A stretch of 64,000 bases of DNA, from positions 1 through 64,000 of IMG/VR virus record IMGVR_UViG_3300037069_000769. One strand, 5' to 3'. The translations under genes and the position numbers were made by a program. The notes under the pieces were generated by a model. It did no database searches and had not been told where the DNA came from. It saw only the letters and a list, made by a program, of their open reading frames with translations. Origin of the DNA: a virus. Every line of letters starts with the position of its first letter. Position 1 is the stretch's first letter. Of the stretch, positions 26,794 to 35,990 are shown in pieces.

Positions 26794-27384
26794 ATGGGAA
26801 AACAAGTATTGGCGATTCCGACGGAGCTTCTGTTCAGCCGCATCGAACGTCGGGATGCGTTTACCGGATTCGACGAGTACCCCCTGACGTGTAGTCAGCT
26901 CTTTGCTGGTGCTGAGTTCATTGATCGTGAGCAGGCCGAGCATGACCCCAGCTATAAGCAGATTATCCCGTATGGGGTGATTCGGGGACTTCGAGGCATT
27001 CTCTGCTATCAGCGAGGGGACGGTTCTGACGAGTCCCGACTGGTGGCAAAGCATTCGTTCGGATTCGGGGGCCACGTTGAGCCGTCGGACGGCAAGAATC
27101 TGCTAATGTGCATGATTCGGGAGTTGAGTGAGGAGCTGCTGTTCGGAGATATTCCGTTCTGTATCTCACCGGCTGGAATTGTCAATGAGGATTTCACCGA
27201 AGTCGGCACCGTGCATGTTGGGATGGTGTACTCCATCGTGGTACATGAGGCCGTACTGGTGAGCGGGGAAACGGACATTGCCAATCTCCGCTGGGAGGCT
27301 GCGGAGCAGATGGAAGAAAAGAAAGAACTCGGCCTCTGGGAAGGTTGGAGCAAGTTGCTCATGGATGGAGGTTTGCATGTCTGA
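26794..27384 (+). CDS. NUDIX-family phosphoesterase
   Basis: AEHDPSYKQIIPY, GFGGHVE, RELSEEL, VHVG. Confidence 0.85.
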   Translation: MGKQVLAIPTELLFSRIERRDAFTGFDEYPLTCSQLFAGAEFIDREQAEHDPSYKQIIPYGVIRGLRGILCYQRGDGSDESRLVAKHSFGFGGHVEPSDGKNLLMCMIRELSEELLFGDIPFCISPAGIVNEDFTEVGTVHVGMVYSIVVHEAVLVSGETDIANLRWEAAEQMEEKKELGLWEGWSKLLMDGGLHV

Positions 27385-27784
27385 AGAACAACTCAAACCC
27401 GAAAAGTCCCTTGACGTGCTTGCGAAAGCCGCTAAGGAGTTGCACGATGTTCTCGCCAAGACTGTGGGAACTTTGAAGGTTTCCGCTGTCGAGACTCCGG
27501 AAGGGATGATGCCCCACCCCTCGTGGGTGCTGGATCGTCTTATCAAGACCTCGGGTCAAACTGTTGACCTTCTCCATAAGATTCACTACGTCGAGGCCGT
27601 AGTTATGGGGATTCTCTCCAGACTGGACACTGAAATTGCTGATTCGGTGTATGAGCATGCGGCTGTAACTTTGGGTAAGCAGTCGGCCCAGTACCTTGAG
27701 GTTGCGGCAAGACGGGAAGCCGAGGCTCAAAGTAAGCTCATTCTTCCCGTAGGTGCGGAAACTTTAGCTGTTCCTAAGAGGTAG
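27377..27784 (+). CDS. Hypothetical protein
   Basis: GGAGG SD upstream of ATG at 27377. Confidence 0.65.
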   Translation: MSEEQLKPEKSLDVLAKAAKELHDVLAKTVGTLKVSAVETPEGMMPHPSWVLDRLIKTSGQTVDLLHKIHYVEAVVMGILSRLDTEIADSVYEHAAVTLGKQSAQYLEVAARREAEAQSKLILPVGAETLAVPKR

Positions 27785-27786
27785 CC

Positions 27787-28329
27787 ATGCGATCACTGCT
27801 GGTTGGAGATTTCACGGAGACTGAGGTTCTCGAAGCTAAGCGTGGAGACTGCGAGGTATTCGCAGCCAACCGAGTAGGGAATCTTGGGTACACAGATGGG
27901 GCCTTCGAGTGTGGGTTAGAGGACTGTACCGATGTGCTGCTGTTGATGCAGAAGCTTAACGACAGTGGGGTGATATTCGACGTAGTGCATTTCAGATGCA
28001 TGAACTCTCGACCCGCTCCCGATACCGCGAATGATCTGGTTGACTTTCTATCGGCAGTGGCTCAGAACTACATAATTCCTCTGACGCTACCAAAGCTTCT
28101 GAGAAGTGCTGGCCGGCTCAGTACCTCTGCTTATTTTGTGTATTGGCAGTATCTGAGTCGAAATGCGTGGGCCTCACGAGTTCAGAGTGACATACTTTGT
28201 GGGTGTGAGTCTGCCAAGCCCCTATGTCCCGGTCTTACTTTTGTGGGCGTAAAGGCTGGTGGCCCTCCTATGCGGGATGTTCACTCTCGACTGATGCGAG
28301 GGAACGTACCTTCGGGAATTATTCTCTAA
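27787..28329 (+). CDS. Hypothetical protein
   Basis: GAGG SD, operon context. Confidence 0.55.
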   Translation: MRSLLVGDFTETEVLEAKRGDCEVFAANRVGNLGYTDGAFECGLEDCTDVLLLMQKLNDSGVIFDVVHFRCMNSRPAPDTANDLVDFLSAVAQNYIIPLTLPKLLRSAGRLSTSAYFVYWQYLSRNAWASRVQSDILCGCESAKPLCPGLTFVGVKAGGPPMRDVHSRLMRGNVPSGIIL

Positions 28330-28336
28330 TTCCCTC

Positions 28337-28365
28337 TTGACACGCTGTCACTCTTTTGAGATAAT
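28337..28365 (+). promoter_or_regulatory. sigma70-type promoter
   Basis: TTGACA-17-GATAAT. Confidence 0.72.
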
Positions 28366-28397
28366 ACGGGGGTAAACTTTAACTGTACGGAAGGAGT

Positions 28398-29459
28398 ATG
28401 AGTACATTGATTAAACAGTTCGAGGTGAAGGCGGACCCCACAGTCTATTACGTTGCAATCTCTGCCATCCAAAAGTGTATCCGGCGAGGCGACGTTGAGA
28501 GGGCTGTGAACTTTGCTCGGCTCGCATGGCAGTGCGATCCCTACAAAGTCTGGTGTCGGTTGTGGGTAATCCTCTTCGAGGATTGTGCCCGAAACGAGCA
28601 GGCCCTCAGAGCGTTTTACGAGCATCGAAAGGGGTACAACAAATTCGAGGATTTGATGCCGCTGGTGGCCCTTCTTGCAAATGGGCCACACGACAGAATG
28701 CCCTGTTCGCTGTCGTGTATGGTCAATGGGAGAGACCCGGTAAAGTTTGCCCATTACGATCTGGTCCTGCGGGACAAATTTCCCGCTCTGGCCAAGTTCA
28801 CTGCTGCCACCCGATCCGACCCAAAGGATGCCCTTTCGTACTATGAGCAATTTGGTTTCGAGTTTGCATTCGAGGGCCACGACTTCTCATGGGTGGTTGA
28901 GTTGTGTCGAAGATCGTTGAAATTTGACCGGGAGAATTTCTCAGCCGCAGTCCCCTTCTTCTTCTCGAAGGGGGTGTATCAAGCTACGGAAGCTCGGATT
29001 GCGGAATGTGCACCTCTTACGATGCTTTGGGACTTCCTCCCGATGGAGTGCTTGGACGGTCACACGAGACCGGGCAAGATCACAATCAGCACCTTCCTTA
29101 AGTATAAGCGAGAGGGTTACCCTTTCCTGACTGATGACAAGGTGCTGTCTGAGTTCGTGTTCTTCAATGAGGGGTGGTTGTATCGGAACTATGACCCGTA
29201 CCCCTTTAACTTCTCCCGCTTGCAGTTGGAGATGACGCCGTATCCGGGTAAGTCCGACTCAAGTGCCTTCGATATGTGGATAGGCCCGTGGGCAGATTTG
29301 ATGCGGAAGGAAGTGATTCCGGAGCTTCACAAAGTTCGGACGTGGGCCATTGAGAAGACTTGCCCGAATGAAATTCGGGAAATGAAGCGTCTATATCAGG
29401 CCGACTTCATAAAGGGTGAAGATGCTCTCAGTTCTGTTTCTTCTCTGGTTCGTAGTTAG
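28398..29459 (+). CDS. Protein with MgsA/RarA C-terminal-like helical domain
   Basis: ISAIQKCIRRGDVERA...WCRLWVILFED resembles RarA SAxxKSxRGSD...RRLxxxAxED. No Walker motifs seen. Confidence 0.65.
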   Translation: MSTLIKQFEVKADPTVYYVAISAIQKCIRRGDVERAVNFARLAWQCDPYKVWCRLWVILFEDCARNEQALRAFYEHRKGYNKFEDLMPLVALLANGPHDRMPCSLSCMVNGRDPVKFAHYDLVLRDKFPALAKFTAATRSDPKDALSYYEQFGFEFAFEGHDFSWVVELCRRSLKFDRENFSAAVPFFFSKGVYQATEARIAECAPLTMLWDFLPMECLDGHTRPGKITISTFLKYKREGYPFLTDDKVLSEFVFFNEGWLYRNYDPYPFNFSRLQLEMTPYPGKSDSSAFDMWIGPWADLMRKEVIPELHKVRTWAIEKTCPNEIREMKRLYQADFIKGEDALSSVSSLVRS

Positions 29460-29463
29460 GTCA

Positions 29464-29674
29464 ATCCCGGACCCAAAGACCTACACCCGAGAAGTCTACC
29501 ATTTGACCGAGGTTGTTGCCTCAGCTAACTCCCCTGTGAGGGGTTTCCCGAGCGGCTTTCTGTAGCTCTAGGGTCCGGGATGGGGGTTGGGTGCTAGGCT
29601 TAGGTTAAAACAGTTACCGCCATTTCTGTCTCCCCTAGGCTGGGCTTAAGAGGGTTCGACTCCTTCTTCCCCCA
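29464..29674 (+). ncRNA. Two-domain structured RNA with a tRNA-like T-arm/3' end
   Basis: 11-bp stem 29464-74/29571-81 enclosing branched hairpins, followed by GGGGG...GAGGG-TTCGACT-CCTTC-TTCCCCCA. Confidence 0.55.
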
Positions 29675-29701
29675 CTTTTGCAAACGTTTGCAAGGAACAC
29701 T

Positions 29702-30112
29702 ATGAAGTATACAATCTGCGTTGATCTTGATGCAACCTTGGCTCAGTATGACGGTTGGAAAGGTGTAACGGAGATTGGGGACCCCTTTCCGGGTGCTGCT
29801 GAGTTTATGGCCTCTTTGAAGGCCCAGTACAATGTTGTTGTGTACACCACGAGAACTAATCTCGGCATTAACTGTGCTGAGGTTCCTGTGGGCACGGACT
29901 GCAAAGAGTACTTGATTGGGTTGATTGAGGCTTGGTTGACCGAGCATAAGATTCCCTTCGATAGCGTATTTGCAGGTCAGGGGAAACCCTTGTTTACGGC
30001 GTTGGTGGATGACCGGGCTGTATCTTGTCAGCCTGCTGCTAATCCTAACGCTTACGATGAGGTACTGAAAACTCTGAATTGCAAACGTTTGTACGGAGTA
30101 GCAAATGGGTAA
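29702..30112 (+). CDS. HAD-superfamily phosphatase-like protein
   Basis: CVDLDATL (DxD), YTTR, KP...VDDRA. Confidence 0.8.
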   Translation: MKYTICVDLDATLAQYDGWKGVTEIGDPFPGAAEFMASLKAQYNVVVYTTRTNLGINCAEVPVGTDCKEYLIGLIEAWLTEHKIPFDSVFAGQGKPLFTALVDDRAVSCQPAANPNAYDEVLKTLNCKRLYGVANG

Positions 30113-30230
30113 AGCCTTTCGTACGTGGTGGCGGAGGCTACGCAAAGAGTGGGAATGGTTGTTCGGCCAGTCTCAGCCCAAACCAATGTCTAAATTCCAC
30201 CACAGAGTTCTTTCGTGGAGTTACTCCGGT

Positions 30231-30584
30231 ATGAGTCTTGTTGCGAAAGTGAAGCTGTCATGGACTCCCTGCTCTGATCCCAAGATCACGGAGCAGAGGA
30301 TTCAGGTGACGGTCGGGGAAGTTGCTGGGGATGTGAAGGCTTTGCCTCCGACTCTTGGCGAGTTGGTGTTGGATGGCGTGCCCGCAAGTTCGCACCTGCA
30401 TGTTCGGGGCACGACTTACAACGGTTCGATGGAGTCGGATGCTCGCGTGTTTGACTTCGATCTGGGTGACTTGTCGAAGCCGTTGGCAATGGACGGGTTC
30501 TCGGTGAACGTCATGGAAGTTACCGACACCGCGATACCTCCGGTGCCGGTTGATCCAAACGCTCCTGCTTCGCCCCCTGCGTAA
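30231..30584 (+). CDS. Small beta-sandwich (FN3-like) protein
   Basis: VKLSWTP...HVRGTTYNGSMES pattern. The start could be 30105. Confidence 0.55.
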   Translation: MSLVAKVKLSWTPCSDPKITEQRIQVTVGEVAGDVKALPPTLGELVLDGVPASSHLHVRGTTYNGSMESDARVFDFDLGDLSKPLAMDGFSVNVMEVTDTAIPPVPVDPNAPASPPA

Positions 30585-30602
30585 GTTGTCGGGTGAGTCG
30601 AT

Positions 30603-30637
30603 GGTTGCGGAGAGCATGAGTTCTCCGCAACCTTTTT
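30603..30637 (+). terminator. Intrinsic terminator
   Basis: GGTTGCGGAGAGC-ATGA-GTTCTCCGCAACC-TTTTT. Confidence 0.85.
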
Positions 30638-30671
30638 GTGTTTCCCGAGTATTAAGTAAGGAAAGTTGAGT

Positions 30672-31817
30672 ATGATTAAGGGCATTCAAGTCGGATTCGA
30701 CAAGACTGTGCAGGAAGCGGTCGTGAGAAACGTAGCTCAGGTGATGGCTACGGGGAGATTGATCCACGACACGTTTATTCCCAAATTTGAGGAAATCCTC
30801 ACCTCGATGACTGGGAAGAAAATTGCCCGTCTCTTCTCCTCTGACACAGCAGCACAGGAGTTACTCTTTCATGCCCTTGAGATTCGCGGACTCTGCCACT
30901 CTGAGCAGACAACCGTGATCTTCCAAGCCAACGGGTTTCCGTCTCCCGCATTTGCAGCGGTTCGGGCGGGGTACGCTGTGGGATGGGTTGACGTTGACCC
31001 GGAGACACTGGACATTGATTTGGGCCACCTTGAGCACTTGTGTCAGCAGCTTAAGAGTCAGGGCTCTTGGATTATCCTGAATGTGATGTCCACAGCGGGC
31101 CGGATTCCCGGAAATCTGCCGAAACTTTTATCCCTGTGTGCCCGGTACAATGTGCTGGTGATTGACGATGCGGCCCACAGTTTCGGATCACGCCGAGGGG
31201 AGGTTGGGGCCGGGACGTGGGGAGACTTTACGGTCTTTTCGTTTTACGCAACTAAGCCCATGTGTTGCGGTGAGGGCGGTGCCATCGTCTCTGACGACGT
31301 GGAGACGGTCGAGGCCTGCGAGTATCTGGCTCGGTACGGCAAGAAGAATCAGTTCGGGCCTCCGGTATGTGATTGGATGGGTTGGAGTAGTCGCCCAACT
31401 GAGTTGCTGGCCGCAGCAGCCGTGGGAATCTTCGGGGGATTTGCTGCCGCTACGGATCGTCGTCAGCAAGTGGCACTGAAGTACTTGAGTGATCTGCCCC
31501 CGAAGTACTTCCATCAGTACGACTTTGCTGGAAGCAACTTTTATAAGTTCCCGGTCCTGCCTAAGACGCCTATCGACCGGGAGAGATTTAAGACGGAGAT
31601 GAAGTCTCGGGGTGTGGAGATGTCGGCGGGTGTGTACGATTTCCCAACGTACCGTCAGCCGGCCTTTGGGGACAGTTTCAGATCGACTTACCTACCGGGA
31701 GCCGAGAAGTTTTGCCCTCAGCATCTGTGCCTCCCGATGCACGAGTTCCTTTCAGAGGGCGATGTCACCCACGTAATCAAGGCAGCAGTCGAGTCTTACG
31801 AGGCTCTCAGTGAGTAA
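30672..31817 (+). CDS. DegT/DnrJ/EryC1/StrS PLP-dependent sugar aminotransferase
   Basis: DDAAHSFG, FSFYATKPMCCGEGG (PLP Lys), LCLPMH. Confidence 0.92.
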   Translation: MIKGIQVGFDKTVQEAVVRNVAQVMATGRLIHDTFIPKFEEILTSMTGKKIARLFSSDTAAQELLFHALEIRGLCHSEQTTVIFQANGFPSPAFAAVRAGYAVGWVDVDPETLDIDLGHLEHLCQQLKSQGSWIILNVMSTAGRIPGNLPKLLSLCARYNVLVIDDAAHSFGSRRGEVGAGTWGDFTVFSFYATKPMCCGEGGAIVSDDVETVEACEYLARYGKKNQFGPPVCDWMGWSSRPTELLAAAAVGIFGGFAAATDRRQQVALKYLSDLPPKYFHQYDFAGSNFYKFPVLPKTPIDRERFKTEMKSRGVEMSAGVYDFPTYRQPAFGDSFRSTYLPGAEKFCPQHLCLPMHEFLSEGDVTHVIKAAVESYEALSE

Positions 31818-31926
31818 GGCTGATTGAAGGTATGCACAACAAGCATGCCCATTAGCCGGGTACACGTTGGGACTATGGACCCAACGTGTATCTTTATGTT
31901 GAAGTTCTTTTAAGCTGGAGAAGCTT

Positions 31927-33204
31927 ATGCGGATAGTGTTCCTGAAGCCCCCGTTCTTTCGCTTGGTCGGGAGCCACAATAACAAGATTCCGGTAGAGTT
32001 GAGTTACTGGCGGGGCGAGGCCACTCAATTGGGTGCAGAGACGTTCCTGTATAATGCTGACTACACGCCTGCGACCCGTTTTTGGTCGTGGCGTACTCTC
32101 TTCCAGCGTACTGACCTCTTCAAGCAGGCTGTGGATGGGGCAGCCGACCCCATGCTTTATGAGACGTTGGAATGTGTCTTGTCTCTCAAACCTGACGTAG
32201 TGGTTATCTCCAGCGATGATGTGTTTATCCCGACTGTGTGTCTGGATAACGCCTTTGTAAACGCTCGCCTAGCTCGGATGTTTCGGGTTCAGGGTGTTCG
32301 AACTGTTGGAGTTGGAAAATTTTTTAGCTCTGATATTCAGTTCGCCGAGAGTTTTGACCTGATCCTTAGGGGTGGGCCAAATACTGTCGGGGCTCGAATG
32401 ATTATGAGTGGGGTTGAGGGGGTACAGGATTGTGGGGCATGGGAACCTACTACCATGCCTAACATTTCTGAGGTGCTACCGGTTCCGGCTGCGATGGATT
32501 CCAGTTACGTGGTAACCCGTCGAGGGTGCAGTTTCCCCTGCTCATTCTGCTACAATACGTTAGTGTCTCCCCGATTTATCCGGAGACCCGTTGAGAATGT
32601 TCGGGATGACATTCTCAGCCGTATGCAGTCAGGACGATCTAAGTTCTATCTGACGGATCAGATATTCACAATTCACAACGATCATTTGAGAAATCTGCAT
32701 AAGTGTTTCTCCGAGAGTCCGGTTAGAGAGTGTACGTTCACCGTTGAAGGTCGATCCGAGTTGATTGCTCGTGATCCCGCAATGGTGGAGATGCTCAGAA
32801 AGCTGAACGTGACTGTCGTCAAGATGGGCGTGGAGAATGTCGGGGCCAAGTTTAACGCAACTAGCGAGAAGGATCAGAAGACCGACGGAATCCGCCATGC
32901 TGCAAAACTCCTTAAGGATGCTGGCATTCATGTGGTGGCTTACCTGCTCCTTGGAGGTGAAACATCCGTTGAGGAATACGAGGAGACTCTCGCATTCTGT
33001 AAAGAGGTCGGATTCGATTCCTACGTGATTAACGTGTGGAGTTATCCGATGGATGAACTTACCACTGCCAAATATCGGTACGATGCTCACTTCAGTACTG
33101 AGAAGTTGAAGCGTTGGGAAATTCCTATGGAGATTGTTGAGAAGTATCTTGATCTCCATGCGTCAAAGGGCGGCAATCCGAATCTCTCCTTCTTTGGGCT
33201 GTGA
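31927..33204 (+). CDS. Radical SAM protein with B12-binding-like N-domain
   Basis: RGCSFPCSFC (CxxxCxxC), MGVEN, YLLLG. Confidence 0.85.
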   Translation: MRIVFLKPPFFRLVGSHNNKIPVELSYWRGEATQLGAETFLYNADYTPATRFWSWRTLFQRTDLFKQAVDGAADPMLYETLECVLSLKPDVVVISSDDVFIPTVCLDNAFVNARLARMFRVQGVRTVGVGKFFSSDIQFAESFDLILRGGPNTVGARMIMSGVEGVQDCGAWEPTTMPNISEVLPVPAAMDSSYVVTRRGCSFPCSFCYNTLVSPRFIRRPVENVRDDILSRMQSGRSKFYLTDQIFTIHNDHLRNLHKCFSESPVRECTFTVEGRSELIARDPAMVEMLRKLNVTVVKMGVENVGAKFNATSEKDQKTDGIRHAAKLLKDAGIHVVAYLLLGGETSVEEYEETLAFCKEVGFDSYVINVWSYPMDELTTAKYRYDAHFSTEKLKRWEIPMEIVEKYLDLHASKGGNPNLSFFGL

Positions 33205-34589
33205 GTATGATCCGACGACTTCTGTGTATCCCTGCTATCTCGACTCGATTTGAGGTGTGGCGGGAAAGTGATTTCATCGTGTATTTTCAACTGGCCAAAG
33301 AGTGGCCGGATGTTTTCGTTTATATTCCGGTGAATAGTGAAGCCGAAATCCCTAAGGAGTATAAGCTTCCTAATGTCGGATACCTTCAGGTGGGACGGTG
33401 GTTTCCGTTCGGTGCTAGTCAGGCTCTGATCTCCGATGAGCTTTATGGCCTGTTTAATCCCATCAATGGGAAGTATCAGGTCGATGCGATCATAACATCG
33501 AAGACTGTTGCTGCCTCTTTAATGAAACGTTTGTACTGGTTGACCGGAACAGTATCGGTGCCGGTGTTGATCCTTGAACCCAAGGCTGCGGGGTTGGGAT
33601 TTACTCACGATGAGGAGACTGAGGTAGACCTTAAACTTCGATCCCTTTCGTACTCGGAGTGTCCGACGTTTTTTGCTACCAAACGAGAGAAAGAGATGGC
33701 CGTCGGGGAAGCTCGACGGCATCTCGTATCGTCTGGGGTAGAGAAGGTGATTCGTAATGGGGTAGTTCGATCTCAAGGCATTCCAGCTCAGTACGTTGCA
33801 AACGTTTGCAAAAAGGTCGAGAAGTTTTCTAACTTCAGCCTTTTGTTTGCCGCTCGATTCAACTCGAACAAGCGATGGCAGGATGTGATGGACGTGTTCG
33901 AGGATTACAAGAAAAGTAATCGCGACGTCGAGCTGCATGCAGTTGGGCCCAAACCCCCGGACCTGCTTTTCAGTAGGTACAAGTCAGTAAAAGTTCACGC
34001 ATCTTTGCCGTACCCTGAGTACGTTGAGATGCTGAACCGATGTCACGTCAGCGTATCGATGAGTGATGAGGAGGGGTTTGCCGCGGGGTGGGCCGAGCAG
34101 ATTTGTACGGGGAACCCTGTGCTCCTCCCTGACAAACCGTGGGCTCACGCTTTGACGTACACTGGCGGAGACTCTTATCCGTTTCTGTATAAGAGTAAGA
34201 CCGAGCTGCTTGCCCTGATTAAGTGGTGTCAGCAGAACTACGGTAAAGCTAGGGTGATGATGTTGCCTTTTTCGGAGTACTTTGTAAAGAATCACGACAT
34301 CGCAGCAGTTGCCAGTGACATCCTGAAGGTGGTTGATCGAGCCTGCGAGGGAACCTACGATGGGTTTCACCATTGGAAGATCAGATTGGCCGCAATTATT
34401 CGGGAGATGCCCTTTCAAACGTTTACTATTTCTGACCTGATTGAAGCTGCTGGGAAGCAGGGGATCATTTTGGGATCAGAGGTGAAAGAGTATAGCTTAG
34501 GTTCCGCACGCAACGTGTATCGTTGGCTGTGTTCCCACTATACGATGATGTACGGACTGGACACTGCCTTTAAGAAGGGTGAAGTATGA
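33201..34589 (+). CDS. GT-B (GT4-like) glycosyltransferase
   Basis: AARFNSNKRW, EEGFAAGWAEQICTGNPV (Ex7E motif). Confidence 0.78.
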   Translation: MSMIRRLLCIPAISTRFEVWRESDFIVYFQLAKEWPDVFVYIPVNSEAEIPKEYKLPNVGYLQVGRWFPFGASQALISDELYGLFNPINGKYQVDAIITSKTVAASLMKRLYWLTGTVSVPVLILEPKAAGLGFTHDEETEVDLKLRSLSYSECPTFFATKREKEMAVGEARRHLVSSGVEKVIRNGVVRSQGIPAQYVANVCKKVEKFSNFSLLFAARFNSNKRWQDVMDVFEDYKKSNRDVELHAVGPKPPDLLFSRYKSVKVHASLPYPEYVEMLNRCHVSVSMSDEEGFAAGWAEQICTGNPVLLPDKPWAHALTYTGGDSYPFLYKSKTELLALIKWCQQNYGKARVMMLPFSEYFVKNHDIAAVASDILKVVDRACEGTYDGFHHWKIRLAAIIREMPFQTFTISDLIEAAGKQGIILGSEVKEYSLGSARNVYRWLCSHYTMMYGLDTAFKKGEV

Positions 34590-35341
34590 GCGGAGTAGAA
34601 CATCGCGAGATCAAGTTAATTGATCCGATCCGGGTGAAGATTAACCAAATTCATCCTAATGAGTGGAACCCTAATCAGCAGTCAGACGAAACGTTTAACA
34701 TGCTGGTAGAGGAAATCCGTGAGGATGGTTTCGACCATCCCGTGAACCTCGTGCCCTGTGAGTGTGGGGAGATTGCGGGACTACACTACAAGTTAATTGG
34801 TGGGGAGCATCGATGGCGATCTGCTCACGTTTTGGGGATGCCCGAAATTCTCGCGGTAGTGCATACGGATTGGGACGAAATTCAGCAAAAATTGAAGACT
34901 GTCCGACGCAACCTGCTGTCTGGCGATCTGAACCCTCAGAAGTTTACGGAGTTGGTTCGATCTCTCGATGGACGTATAGACCGGGCATCCCTCCCGAAGC
35001 TTATGGGCTTTACTGATGATCGGGAGTTTGAGAAGTCTCTCTTGAAGGACTCAAGTAAGGCTCGGGATAAATCCTTCGTTGACAGTCTCATGGACGATGC
35101 TAAGAAGGCTAAAGTTGCGACTGACACGATTACCGACATCGTGGCCAACATTTTTGCTGGTAGTGATGAGACTCTTCCTGCCAACTTTTTGCTGTTCGGA
35201 TATAAAGGTAAGACTCATCTCTGCGTACTGTGTGATGAGCAGACGTGGAAAGCTGTGACTGGGATGATCGATCAGATTAAGTTGGACGGGACAAGAGTCA
35301 CAGAGTTTTTGACCGAGGCCATTGAACGTAAGTTGTCTTGA
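34586..35341 (+). CDS. ParB/Srx N-terminal domain protein
   Basis: IHPNEWNPN, GFDHPV, LIGGEHRWR. Confidence 0.85.
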   Translation: MSGVEHREIKLIDPIRVKINQIHPNEWNPNQQSDETFNMLVEEIREDGFDHPVNLVPCECGEIAGLHYKLIGGEHRWRSAHVLGMPEILAVVHTDWDEIQQKLKTVRRNLLSGDLNPQKFTELVRSLDGRIDRASLPKLMGFTDDREFEKSLLKDSSKARDKSFVDSLMDDAKKAKVATDTITDIVANIFAGSDETLPANFLLFGYKGKTHLCVLCDEQTWKAVTGMIDQIKLDGTRVTEFLTEAIERKLS

Positions 35342-35351
35342 GGTTTCCAGC

Positions 35352-35990
35352 ATGACTGAAGATGTGATTAAACCACTTCACGAACTGTTGGAGTCGGTAA
35401 GCCGTAGGGACATTGACGAGACACCTGCGGAAAAGAAGTTGCGGGAGCTTAAAAGTCTCCCTGATGACGATAAGTACGCTAAGGTGTTTGAGTTAAAGAT
35501 GCGAGGGGTGCCGGCAAGCTCCATATCCCGCATCTTTGATGTCGATACTAGCACCGTTCATAGATGGCTTCGACAGTACGCTGAGAGTTACCGTACGCGG
35601 ATCGAGCAGGAACCTGCTGCCAACATCATCGCCGAGTCTATGCAATTCCTTAACGCAATTGAGGAGTTGTGTTTATATGAGGTCGATCAAATTACTACTG
35701 AGGAAACCCGCACTGACCCTAAGACGGGTGAGGTACTACGGGTAACTTCGGTTCAAAGTAATGGGGTGAAGGTAAAGTACATCCAATCTGTCCTTAAGGC
35801 TCGTCAGATGATGTTGGACCTACTGGTTCAAACTGGCGTACTGCCGAGGGAGAGTTCTGATATGTACAAACGCATGGAAGCTGAGAAGAAGATCGATGAG
35901 ACTGATTTGAGTAAGGTTGCTGATGCCACCTCTCGTGAGGAATTGGAACGGCGACTTGTTGAAGCTTTAAGTAAGGATATGAAGCTGTAA
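35352..35990 (+). CDS. Probable terminase small subunit (HTH)
   Basis: HTH (ISRIFDVDTSTVHRWL) immediately upstream of TerL with TAATG coupling. Confidence 0.65.
   Translation: MTEDVIKPLHELLESVSRRDIDETPAEKKLRELKSLPDDDKYAKVFELKMRGVPASSISRIFDVDTSTVHRWLRQYAESYRTRIEQEPAANIIAESMQFLNAIEELCLYEVDQITTEETRTDPKTGEVLRVTSVQSNGVKVKYIQSVLKARQMMLDLLVQTGVLPRESSDMYKRMEAEKKIDETDLSKVADATSREELERRLVEALSKDMKL

Noticed and set aside
29582-29674. Canonical tRNA or tmRNA
   Set aside because: A T-arm is present but there is no D-arm or anticodon arm, the acceptor stem has only 5 pairs, there is no G3-U70, and it is too short for tmRNA. Reported as tRNA-like instead.
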